DNA of 64,000 nt from Savitreella phatthalungensis (Eukaryota). The DNA lies in assembly GCA_051599415.1 (NCBI GenBank), contig AP039702.1, forward strand, positions 62,001 to 126,000. The letters are read 5' to 3'. Of this stretch, positions 10,638 to 21,490 are shown one piece after another; within the stretch, counting starts at the first letter, position 1; every line of letters begins with the position of its first letter. The notes under the pieces are model-generated. The model did not search any database and was not told the DNA's origin. It saw only the letters and a program-made list of their open reading frames with translations. The position numbers and the translations under genes are program-made.

Positions 10638-11876
10638 CGTCAAAACATGCAGGAAGACTAGCTAGCGGCCCGATAGCACTTGCCGTCGCGCGCACGTTTG
10701 ACGAATCCTTGCTCGGAGCGACCAATAAATTTCAGTCTGCCTTCGTTTTATGGCCACTAGATCGGTTGTCCTTGGGCTGTATGTCTTACCTGTGTGCAGT
10801 ATACACATTCAGGTCGTTTGATGATGCGTCCTCCTAAACGTACACTACACTTCTTCAAACGAACAACAAAAATTGATCAGTAAACATGCATATTGTAAAA
10901 GCAGACAGTTGCACGGTGGAGGAAAAGATGCTTTTCTAAAAGAGTGACGCGTCCTCTTAAGGAGGAGCCGTATAATGAAGGAAGAACGATGGAAGAGACA
11001 GGTTGTGGCTGGTGCGTCCCGAATACGTGCGAGGTAAAACACGTGTTACAGCTCGTGGTGTAACACATATCGAACAGAGAGAAAACAGTGGTTGGAAAAA
11101 GGATAGAAGCATGCAGGCATGGCCGGATGGACACAATTTGACTCATTGGCCGAAGGCAAGATCTTGTGCCGTAGTCTTATCAGGCAGTCACTAGCTGAAG
11201 ATACTGTTCATCTTCTTGGTCAATACAGTCGCCACATGACAAGGGCAGCACATTGTCACGTCTTCAGTCAGTGCGGCAAAGGTTTCCTGCAAAGACAGTA
11301 AGCGAGTCAAAGACAGGGTGCGAATCGCCTGTGATATTTATGAGCAGAACCAAGGGATTCCAATTGAGGTTCTGGAAAATTGAGTAGGCAATTGAGTGAA
11401 TCCAGGCACTGAGCCATCACCTTGCCAAATCGGATTTTGCCCATTTGCCACATATTGCGTTGCACACAATCAGCATTGTGAATATGCTCACTGGGGTATA
11501 CCTTTGATAAAAAATGCGCTCTATCAGACATACACAATCGGACAGATACCCTTGATCTACCTACACGGATTGCTTGTCCTGTCGATTGGTTGGTTCAAGC
11601 GCTTGCCGTGCATGTATAATCTCTGAAGGCCTTCTTGAAGGCTTGATGAAGTCTGCACCTCACTGAAGCTCTCGAGCAGCTTCTGTGATCTGTGAAGACC
11701 TCTGAGGGATCGTGGGCCATTCACTTGCAGGTTGTGATCAACAAGGGGCAAGCACAGGTCGCAAAGGCTACAATCAAAAGCATTCTTGAACTTCAGCAAA
11801 TGCAAAATTGGCTATGCGACTCCTTCAAAAGGACCAGAGATCCTGCCATATGAGCCAGATTTTATGCATCGATTTG

Positions 11877-13819
11877 AAGGCGAAACACCTAGAATTGATC
11901 ACCTTTTAAATTGCGCAGAAAATAATGATGCGTCGAACACTTCCCCGCCTCCTACAGAGCAGCCTCCTGCATTACCTAGCGCCTATGGCACTACCTGGCG
12001 CCTATGGACACAATTTCTTGATGAGGAGTGCCTTCAAGCAGCCCTGGACTACTATGCTGCTTGATGAGATGGCAAAAAAACTGTCAATTTGTGATGCTGC
12101 AGCAGAATACAGCGTTTCATCCTCTACTTTGAGGCATTGGCTACAGAACAGCAATAGGACTGCCTCAGAGGCCGCTAGAGAGTGCCAAAAGCTGACAGAA
12201 ACACAGGAGAAAGCCATGGTAGACATGCTGCACAGAAGGGCTGCAGTAGGCTGTCCTATGACTCCTCTAGAGGTCACTAAATCTAGCAGACAAATTTTTT
12301 GAGGCCTGCAGAGGCGCAGAACACCTTGGAATGCGCTGGTTTACTTCCTTCAAAGCACGCCATCCTGGCATACATGCAGTGCACAGCAATTGCATCAATC
12401 ACAGCTGCCTGTATGCTGTGGGTTCCGCCATCATGAACGCCTACTTTGGGAAGCTAGGCACCTATCTTCAAGAGTGCGCTGTCCTGCCTGAGGATGTGTG
12501 GAATGCTGACAAATCTGGCCTCATGACAGGCTGCTCCCAATCCTCCCAGGTGGTGGTTCCGCTGCTGCAGAAGGGTGAGAAGTGTGCTGTGGCAGCAGAC
12601 AATGGAGATTGTTAAACAGTCTCCTGTATGGCTTGTGTTGCTGCTGCAGGTGCTCATTCAGAGCCAATTCTTGTGTTCAGGCTTACTCAGGCAAAGGAAG
12701 AGGCCTGAGGGAAGGCTGTGGAGGCAGGGCTGCTGCCTCCTGACAAGGCACAGTGCCTGGGCATGCCTGGAAATGCTGTTTGCATGTTTCATTCAAAAGA
12801 CAGCTTCCTAATCTCCCACCTCATTGTGCAATGGCTGCAGGAGGTCTTCCTGCCTACTACAGCACATAGTTCACCAAGAACTTGTGTCCTAGTGATTGGT
12901 GGCACCTGCGCCTGGGCCATACACAAGGTCATGCACATATGCGCAAAAAACAATGTCAAACTGGTCTACCTGCCTGCGCACTCTTCACACATCACACAGC
13001 CTCTTGGCCTTGCTATATTCTTGCCTCTCAAGAGGAAATACAGCAAACAGGTGAAGACCTTATCCTACAGGCAAGGTGGAAAGTCAATCACGCGCGTACA
13101 ATTTATCACGGCCTTCTGTGTAGCCTTCAATGCAGCAATGACACACAAAAAACATCCTTTCTGGCTTGAAGGCAGCAGGTATAAACCCCTATCACATGGA
13201 TGCTATTTGCTGAGGGCTAGTAAAGCACCAATGCAAGGTACAGGGCAGTGTTGAGGACAGCAGTGCTGCTCTATGATTGCCTCTACAACCACTGCCTACT
13301 AACCTACTTGGCAGCACTCCTCTACCTCCAAGAAAGGACGCAATCACTGGTGCTGAAGGCAGGCAAAATGCAGCTAGACATCCTGGACAGCGCACTGCTA
13401 GATTGCACACAATTTGCCTTGCACTACAAGGAGCTGCACATGCATTTTGAGAGCGCCAGTGCTCAATTGGAGGACGCCCTGGCCACCATAAAAACCTTCC
13501 AGGGCAGGCTCACTTGTACTGTATACAGAGTACATCCACAGGCAATGTTTGCCTTGATGGACTGGCTATTAGGCCTGCTAGGCAGTGAGATCTCAGATGC
13601 ACCCTGGCAATTCGTGCTAGACAAGGCCCAGAAGGCTAAGATTGATCCAGAGGCTTGGCTACAGGCCAAGGGCACGGCTGGCGTCCGTACAGCCCTAGCA
13701 GAGCTGCTTCAATTGAGTTCTGTGCAGTCTACAAGGAAGACCTTGGCAAAGAAGCGACAGAAACATAGTATATTTTTGTGTCCATGATAACACGTGTCCC
13801 GATTTCGGTAATTCGACTT
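11877..13819 (+). mobile_element. Degenerate pogo/Fot1-type (Tc1/mariner, DDE_1) DNA transposon, copy 1
   Basis: Fragmented transposase: psq-like HTH (SICDAAAEYSVSSSTLRHWL), CENP-B-like HTH, VWNADKSG, YLPAHSSHITQPL. Termini are TG|AAGGCGAAACACCTAGAATTGATCACCTT and TTCGACTT|TA, matching copy 2. Many stops and frameshifts. Confidence 0.88.
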
Positions 13820-14100
13820 TATAGCATGCTGAAGCTCACTCACTGTTCAGGTAAAGCAATTATATGGCTATATATTTGCATTTTCGAATTCTGTTGATTA
13901 CTCTTTAGGTTGTATATCGTATCGGGTCAAGGCAACACAGCACTTGTTTATTCGTTCGTATAAAACATAATGTCTCGCGACCGATATGCCAAGGTGCGGG
14001 CGGTCAGTCACCGACGCAACTGGTGATACACGTACAAGAGGGAAAACCGTGTCATCAAATAGGAGGATCCCAAAGCGCGTTGATGCTTTTTGGAATACCC

Positions 14101-14126
14101 AAAAGAAAAGAAAGAAAAAAAAAAAA
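14101..14126. repeat. Poly(dA)/A-rich tract upstream of LYS4
   Basis: AAAAGAAAAGAAAGAAAAAAAAAAAA about 70 bp before the ATG. A nucleosome-excluding promoter role is inference. Confidence 0.5.
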
Positions 14127-14196
14127 GGACGACAACGAGAAAACAGCATTAGCAAACGATTGAGATCAGCAGACCGCTAGAGTCGACATCCGCAGC

Positions 14197-16239
14197 ATGT
14201 TCCGCGGTCTTACTTTATATGCGCAACGTACTGTCCGTTGCCAGCGGTGCTTTGCTTCCCTTGCTGCGGATGCTCAGACACGGACAGAAAAGCTCGTTCA
14301 AAGATATGCGGTCGATCAACAGGGCAAAGTACGCAGCGGCAACTATGTATCGATACGTCCGCAGCACGTCATGTCGCATGACAACAGCTGGCCAGTCGCA
14401 ATGAAATTCATGGGGATTGGCGCTACCGAAATCAAGGATCGCAACCAAGTAGTTATGACTCTTGACCACGATGTCCAGAACAAAAGCGAGAAGAACTTGC
14501 AGAAATATGCGAATATTGAGGCATTTGCGAAGAAGCACGGAGTCGACTTCTATCCTGCCGGTCGCGGCATAGGTCACCAAATTCTGATTGAAGAGGGATA
14601 TGCTTTCCCAAACACCATGACCGTCGCATCCGACTCTCACTCGAACATGTATGGCGGTGTTGGGTGTCTCGGGACGCCTGTCGTGCGTACAGATGCAGCC
14701 GCTATATGGGCTACCGGCAAGACATGGTGGCAAGTACCGCCAGTTGCCCAGGTCGTGCTGACGGGCGTTCTCCCTCCTGGCGTGACAGGCAAGGACGTTA
14801 TCGTGGCGCTTTGCGGCCTCTTCAACAATGATGAAGTCCTGAATCATGCGGTCGAGTTTAGTGGCCCCGGCGTATCATGCCTATCTATCGATGATCGTTT
14901 GTCAATTGCGAATATGACTACCGAGTGGGGCGCTTTGTCCGGATTGTTCCCGGTCGATGACCGCCTGCTGGACTGGTACCGTGGCAGAATCGCTCGCAAA
15001 GCGCGTGAGGCGCCCGCTGGATCCGACCATCCCCGCATAAATGAAGAGCGCTTGTCAACAGTGCTCAACGACGCGGTCGAGGGCGACTGCAATGCATTCC
15101 ATGCAAAGACATTGAGTCTCGACTTAGGCACATTAGTGCCGTACGTTTCGGGGCCAAATTCCGTCAAGGTCGCTTCAACGTTAACAGAGCTGGCTGCTCA
15201 GAACATCGCAATCAATAAAGCTTACTTGGTATCGTGCACAAATGCACGGCAAAGCGACTTGAGTGCCGCGGCTGCGGTGATGCGTGGAAAGAAACTTGCG
15301 CCTGGTGTCGAGATGTATGTTGCGGCTGCCAGCAGTGAAGTGCAGGCTGACTCCGAGAGTTCTGGAGACTGGCAAGCTCTTATTGCAGCTGGAGCCAAGC
15401 CTTTACCTGCTGGATGTGGACCATGCATAGGGCTCGGCACAGGTCTGCTTGAGGACGGCGAAGTTGGTATATCGGCAACAAATCGTAATTTCAAAGGTCG
15501 GATGGGGAGCGCAAAGGCACTGGCTTATTTGGCCAGTCCTGCAGTTGTGGCTGCGAGCGCTATTGCTGGCAAGATTGCTTTTCCACAGGGAGCATCTCCA
15601 AGCACAATCATTCAGCCCGTGGCTTCTGTCCGCAATCATGAAAGACCAGAAGTCGCAGGGTCCGTCAATCGCGTTCTGAAAAGTTTTCCGGAGCGCATCA
15701 AGGGCGAGATCGTCTGGTGTGACGTGGACAACCTCAATACGGATGGCATCTACCCCGGCAAATATACATATCAGGATGATATCTCGCGAGACAAGATGGC
15801 CGAGGTTTGCATGGAAAATTATGACACCAACTTCCAGCAGCTTGTGAAAGCTGGCGATATTCTCGTTGGTGGCTTCTGCTTCGGGATTGGAAGCTCGCGC
15901 GAGCAGGCGGCTGTCGCTATTCTCGCGAAGGGTATTCCTATGGTATGTGCTGGGTCCTTCGGGGACATCTTCAAGCGCAATTCTATCAACAATGCACTTC
16001 TGTGTCTCGATACACCATATTTGATCGAGCGTTTGCGTGTAGCATTCGGGGCTGGGCCGGCGACACGTCGCACCGGTTGGACAATCACGTGGGAAGTCGC
16101 TCGCAGCAAAATTATCGTCCGGGAGGGATCGGAAGGACCCACATGGGAGCGCGCCGTCGGCACGCTTGGTCCGTCTGTGCAGTCATTGTTCGTCGAAGGC
16201 GGCTTGGAAGGGCTTGTCAAAGCTGAATTGAAGGCTTGA
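14197..16239 (+). CDS. LYS4: Homoaconitase, mitochondrial
   Basis: 680 aa with [36 protein letters not shown], Fe-S ligand motifs VSCTN and GCGPCIG, and the swivel domain [17 protein letters not shown] / GSSREQAA. Confidence 0.96.
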   Translation: MFRGLTLYAQRTVRCQRCFASLAADAQTRTEKLVQRYAVDQQGKVRSGNYVSIRPQHVMSHDNSWPVAMKFMGIGATEIKDRNQVVMTLDHDVQNKSEKNLQKYANIEAFAKKHGVDFYPAGRGIGHQILIEEGYAFPNTMTVASDSHSNMYGGVGCLGTPVVRTDAAAIWATGKTWWQVPPVAQVVLTGVLPPGVTGKDVIVALCGLFNNDEVLNHAVEFSGPGVSCLSIDDRLSIANMTTEWGALSGLFPVDDRLLDWYRGRIARKAREAPAGSDHPRINEERLSTVLNDAVEGDCNAFHAKTLSLDLGTLVPYVSGPNSVKVASTLTELAAQNIAINKAYLVSCTNARQSDLSAAAAVMRGKKLAPGVEMYVAAASSEVQADSESSGDWQALIAAGAKPLPAGCGPCIGLGTGLLEDGEVGISATNRNFKGRMGSAKALAYLASPAVVAASAIAGKIAFPQGASPSTIIQPVASVRNHERPEVAGSVNRVLKSFPERIKGEIVWCDVDNLNTDGIYPGKYTYQDDISRDKMAEVCMENYDTNFQQLVKAGDILVGGFCFGIGSSREQAAVAILAKGIPMVCAGSFGDIFKRNSINNALLCLDTPYLIERLRVAFGAGPATRRTGWTITWEVARSKIIVREGSEGPTWERAVGTLGPSVQSLFVEGGLEGLVKAELKA

Positions 16240-16919
16240 TCTTCTTTACAATTGCAGGCTATCAGGGCGCCACTTCGTCGATGTCTTTTCGCTCTACTGG
16301 CTAAACGGTCGAACGTTTGCCGTGGAAATGCCGCCCGGATGCCGTTCCTTACTGTTGACAGCATGGTCCCAGCATGAGGTGAAGGTCGAAGTCTCTGCGA
16401 GATCGGTTCAGAAGCGAGACTGGATTCACAAGATCGAAGCAACGTTCTCGAGCCGATGCGCCTTTGGATAATGTCGAAACGATTCTGGAGTTGCAGAATT
16501 TTGCTCGTGAGCTTGGAAGAGATTGCATGCAAAAATCAACGGATAATCGAGAGCCGACTATTGCAGCTTCACGTGCACGGCAGTCTATGTTACGACTGGT
16601 TCAGTCGTCCTTACTGTGCGTATACCTTTGCATGCTTCCGCCGGCGCTTCCGTAAGCTCTCCGTACTGCATCTTTCCAAGGTCTGTATGATCTTTTGGTG
16701 CTGCCCACAAATAAAAACTTGGGAGCTTGATCGTGTATGACGTCTGCAGGACATGGTGAGTTTGCAAAAGTGACGGCATAGTGTGCGCTCCGTATATGGC
16801 CAGCCGACTAGTCCGGTCAAGACATCAGTCAATCGTGACACAAGGCTGTAAGGCTGTAAGCAAACAGCGTGTATGCTGTCAGCGTTGAAGAGCAAAGCAC
16901 TGTAAGTCTAGCCGCTATC

Positions 16920-17337
16920 TGTCGCGACCACTCTGTGGCCCCAATCGGATACGGTTTGTACATGACGCTGTCACTTCCGCAATCACTCGGTCTATGTATG
17001 ACACAATAGTAGCCCTGTATGGATCTGTCAAATGGTATCGTTCTGTGCTAGGTCCTGGTATTGGTAAGATCTGGCACGCCATCTCTGTATGGCATGTTGC
17101 GTCCTCTTGTACTCCCCTACCAACCTGCCACGTCAGCAGAGTTGTGGTATGTATCAGTTATAGCATGGTCGGTGTCCCGCCTAGACCATCTCTTGTAGTT
17201 CCTCCGTGTCTGTTTGTGCTTGTTCGTGTCTCTCCATGTTCCTCGGTGGACTCCATCTGTGTCCTCCTGTGTTGTCCGTCTCGTGTCCGTGTTGCTTCGT
17301 CTGTCGCTCCCGGGTCCTGTGGCCGTCCTCCGCGACA
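16920..17337. mobile_element. Solo LTR, copy A (~418 bp)
   Basis: Begins TGTCGCG and ends CGCGACA (TG...CA termini, 7-bp inverted ends). Colinear with copies at 18580, 19125 and, inverted, 26314. No matching TSD. Confidence 0.82.
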
Positions 17338-17500
17338 TGTGCCAGATCTTACCAACACCAGGACCTAGCACAGAATAATACTATTTGACAGCTCCATACA
17401 GAGCAACTGTCTTGTCATATGTAAACTGAGTGATTGCGGAAGTGACAGCATTGTGTATAAACCATGGTCAATTGACCCAGGCCACAGAGTGGTAGTAACA
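17338..17500. mobile_element. Partial LTR, copy B, inverted relative to A/C/D
   Basis: Its reverse complement aligns almost base for base with 18580-18742. It ends in the LTR terminus GGTAGTAACA. Confidence 0.82.
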
Positions 17501-17549
17501 CATGACCGCTCAAGTTGTCTGTGCTGATTGAATGCACTTGTCCGCAACT

Positions 17550-17770
17550 CTGTCACTTCCGCAATCATCCTATCTATCTATGACTAGATTGTGATCATGT
17601 CTGAACCGGTCACATAGTATCATTCTGTGCTTGGTTCTGGTGTTGGTGATATCTTGCATGCTGTCTGTGTATGACATACTGTGTCTTCTCGGATCTGAAT
17701 CTCGACCTGCCATGTCAGCATCGACCAGCCAAGTCTGCTGAGTTGAGAGGTATATCGTGTACAGCATCTG
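17550..17770. mobile_element. Older, diverged LTR fragment of the same family
   Basis: CTGTCACTTCCGCAATCA...CATTCTGTGCTTGGTTCTGGTGTTGGTGATATCTTGCA...ACCTGCCATGTCAGCA matches the internal sequence of copy A. Confidence 0.65.
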
Positions 17771-18579
17771 CATTGATCGGACTTACTGACTTGGCCCAAA
17801 CTCTTGTAGTCCGGTAGGGTATCAGAGACTGTAAACTGGCCAGAGCTAAGCACACAGACGATCTTCCGTGTGTATGTATAGCAAGATCATCCCTACCATT
17901 TGATCTGCTGATGTGACAGATATTGCAAGCATTGTCTCAGCATTCTGTCAATATGGTCAATGCAAGACAAAAGATTCTGCAGCCATAGAATGCATTGTTT
18001 GAGCATGAAGTTTGTTCTATGATTATCTTGTGTTTAGATACAAGTTCATGCAGTCATAAAGTCTGAGCAAAGCGTGAAACGTTCCTGTTCAACCATGTCT
18101 TCTTGCTGATATTGCGAAACCCTGAGCGCTACACCCCTGTACATACTCTTCTGGCATTAGGAAAAAGTTCATGATTGACCTGACGTTGCGCACCTGATCA
18201 AGATACGCTTGTATATCAGGTGCTAAAGTTTTCCCATGACTTAATTCCTTGCGTAGCAATTCTCCTCAATTGTGCCCCTTTGAGCAAACAATGTTCGCCA
18301 ATCCATTGTCAGAATTCTCAAAAATGGAGAGGCAAGTCCGATTTAGGCACAAAAGTTGGATATTCTGGAGAAATTTCTGCTCTGAGTTCAGGAAGTTGTA
18401 ATGCAACAGAAGCATGTGTCACAATCCTGTGTTTTGCTCAGCTAAGCTGCGATTTTAGGACGCTATTGATCATACTTGCAGTAGTCTTCAGAAATGCTAT
18501 TTTGAGCACAAACTTCGCTTGATGGCATCGTCAAATCTTTGGTACAAGCTGGAGAAGTTGTAAAGTCTTGGTCAGTCTG

Positions 18580-19000
18580 TGTTGCAACCACTCTGTGGCC
18601 CGGGTCAATTGACCACGGTTCATAAACAATGCTGTCACTTACGCAATCACTCAGTTTACATATGACAAGATAGTCGCTCTGTATGGAGCTGTCAAATAGT
18701 ATCATACTGTGCTAGGTCCTGGTGTTGGTAAGATCTGGCACACTGTCTTTGAGCAGCATGTTGCATCTTCTTGTGACTCAACCAATCTGCCATGTCAGCA
18801 GAGCTGTGGTATGTATCAGTTATAGCACGGTCAGCATCACTGCTTAGACAGCCTTTCTGTGTCTGTTTGTACTCATACGTACTTGTTTGTATCTCCCCAT
18901 GCTCTTTGGTGGACTCTGTCTGTGTCCTCCTGTGTTGTCTGGTCTGTGTCTGTGTTGCTTTGTCTGTTACTCTTGAATCCTGCAGCCGTCTTCTGCAACA
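18580..19000. mobile_element. Solo LTR, copy C (CpG-eroded)
   Basis: Termini TGTTGCAACC...TGCAACA are copy A's TGTCGCGACC...CGCGACA with every CpG changed to TpG or CpA. Colinear with A and D. Confidence 0.82.
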
Positions 19001-19087
19001 TCATGATACACAGAAGAATTTACAAAAGACCTTGATGCTGTCAAATGCTGTGGTTGATAAATGCCTCAAATCTGCTGTCAATGACAT

Positions 19088-19633
19088 GGACCTATCACAG
19101 AACAATACTGTCTGACAGCTCCACTGTCGCGACCACTCTATGGTCTGGGTCAATTGTATATGGTTTGTACACGATGCTGTCACTTCCGCAATCACTTGGT
19201 CTACATATGACACAATAGTAGCCCTGTATGGAGCTGTCAAACAGTATTGTTCTGTGCTAGGTCCTGTTATTGGTCATATCTGGCGCAGCGTCTCCGTACA
19301 GCATGTTGCATCCTCTTGCAACCCCCCACCAACCTGCCATGTAAGCAGAGTTGTGGTATGTATCAGTTACAGCATGGTCAACGCCTAGACCGTCTCTCAT
19401 AGTCCCTCCGTGTCTGTTTGTGCTCGTTCGTGTCTCTCCATGTTCCTCGGTGGAGTCCGTCTGTGTCCTCCTGTGTTGTCTGTCTCGTATCCGTGTTGCT
19501 TCGTCCGTCGCTCTCAGGTCCTGCGGCCGCCCTCCGTGACATCCACTCAGGGCTCTGATCTTGTTGCCTGTACCACTGAGTAATTGCAGGAGTGATAGCA
19601 TTGTCTACAACTGCAACTAGATCGGTCGTGACG
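19088..19633. mobile_element. Older inverted LTR fragment (19088-19124 plus 19547-19633) interrupted by copy D
   Basis: Removing copy D and one TCCAC rejoins GGACCTATCACAGAACAATACTGTCTGACAGCTCCAC|TCAGGGCTCTGATCTTGT...CTGAGTAATTGCAGGAGTGATAGCATTGT, colinear with copy B. Confidence 0.72.
19125..19541. mobile_element. Solo LTR, copy D, with perfect 5-bp TSD (TCCAC)
   Basis: TCCAC|TGTCGCGACC...CCGTGACA|TCCAC (TSD at 19120-19124 and 19542-19546). Closest to copy A. Confidence 0.9.
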
Positions 19634-21490
19634 CAGTACAGATCACGCCAAGTCGGTCACCTAGTCTCTCATACTCTCTTGGGCCCGTTTGCAGATGTGT
19701 GTATCGTTGGTGTCATTGGCGAGCTTTGAGCGAATCCTCCTATATTGTCTGGTTTGTGCCCGAGTCGCGTTGTCCATCGTTCTCGAGTTCTGCGACTGTT
19801 CTGCGCAACGCCAGCGCGACCAGATCAGTCGTACGGTATATTCACATGCGCAAGGTCCAGCAAAACGCGCTTGCCCGTGGCTTACCGTAAATGTTTGTCG
19901 TATGTAGTTCGTAGTGGAACTGTGCTCCTCGTTGGTCCGGCCCGCATTTGAGTTGCCTTATCTGTCAAGCTCGCTCTCGCACATCCTCTTCAAAGCTAAT
20001 TTTCTCCAAGGCTTCAGCTTTGTCACAATTGCCTTCACCGCCCTATCACGGCCGAGCTAGCCGGCGGGAAGGTATTCTTGAGCTGTTCATCTCGGGATCA
20101 TCCGGAGCGCTTTGTGAACCTCTGTACTGTGCTCATGAGACAGACGGTTTGCAGCGATGTCTAGTGCGAAGCACTATCGACGTTAGAGCACCTTCGATGC
20201 TGTATTCTGTATGCTGTCCCTTCTTGTCAGAGGCTATATTTCCTGCCTATCCAACCGGAACTATGCTGCGCAGTCGAGCTAAGCCCTACACGCTGCATCC
20301 GCCTAGTTCGGTCTTGCTCGCGAGGTCGTGGCACAAAGACTCTCCGCCGGCGTCTAGATTATGTAGAGATCTTGTGTTGTCGTGTCTGCTTCTGTAGCAA
20401 TAACCTTGTGTGTTGCAACTTGTCGCCGCGTGCCTCACGTTGCTCTCGGATATTCGCAAAGATTTTTTGGCGACAAGTAATAAGATCACCTTGTGTGGTT
20501 CTGCCACGTTCATGGTGTTCAATCCTGCCACTGGCTTTGCGTATGCTAGGCATCTCAAAATACAGAGTGCTCCGTCTGGTATCTTGGATTGAGTTCCGAT
20601 CCGATTGGGTTCCAGAGCGGCCCCGTCGAAATTGCATTCTTCGTTGACGTCACTGCTTGAATTGCCCCCGTAATAAATATGCTCATATTTGCACAGCTCA
20701 ACAGCTGATTAACGACGCCTTGTTTCCTACGGTCACAACATGTCGAGTAAGGGCAATAAAGACAGTGTACGTTCTCCTGACAGACTTAAATCCTTCCTTG
20801 CTGATGAACACAGCGCACGACGGCTCAAAAGTTGCGCAACGAAGACGCGAAGCAGGTTGTAAAACCACTCAAGGAGCGCGATGTTGACCGTAATGGTCAA
20901 GAAAGCCCAGCAGCTGATCGTCGAGCAGAACGCGAAGTCGAGATCACAGGCCCTGCTGGTGGAAGTACTGGTGCAGCTGTGCCGAAGCTCTGAAGTGTCG
21001 CGATTGATTTATTGATCTCATCGAGCCTCTCATTCGGCAAAAGCTGTCTCTCAATACCATATGCCGGTCTGACATACAAGTTTCACTGTCTTCCTTGCTA
21101 TGATAGGATCAATATATCCTTGTCTCGTCTAATCATCGCTGCACCATGCAGGAAAGAGTGAAACCAGTAGTCAAATAATTACAGCGATTGGCAAGCATTG
21201 CAGCGAGCACATCAGGGAGCTTTCAGCTCATAACGACAGCGCCATTGTTGTTGGAGAAACCCTAGCTACAGGCAGCGCCCTCTTCAGAGGTTTATTATTG
21301 CGCTCGACGTGCGCTATCGCTAAAATGTTTCTTTCGGTGAATTGAAGTCTTGCATATAGCCAACTGATCAATTGTTTTTGGCCGTCCGAATTTTTTGTAC
21401 ACAAGTCGTTGCAAAATTGAGGATATATGCGTCCGCATATAATAAACACAGAAAGCGCAGGGCGAGTGCGCGACTTGACGCGTATAAGTC

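Noticed and set aside
15819..16532. 237-aa minus-strand ORF overlapping the LYS4 3' end
   Set aside because: Largely an antisense shadow of LYS4 with a non-ATG start and no recognisable motif.
16994..17371. Repeated V/C/S-rich and T/R-rich ORFs (also 18792-19115 and 19257-19601) that look like a small protein family
   Set aside because: They lie wholly within the LTR copies and are translations of TG/TC-rich LTR sequence, with frames not conserved between copies.
16920..19633. Repeat cluster as a CRISPR array or an intact LTR retrotransposon
   Set aside because: Units are ~420 bp with TG...CA ends in mixed orientation. There are no spacers or cas genes, and no gag/pol, PBS or PPT was recognised between same-orientation copies.
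21478..21483. ACGCGT MCB-like sites (also ~40660 and ~61871)
   Set aside because: Isolated hexamers are expected by chance in CpG-rich DNA, and this one lies only 8 bp from the ATG.
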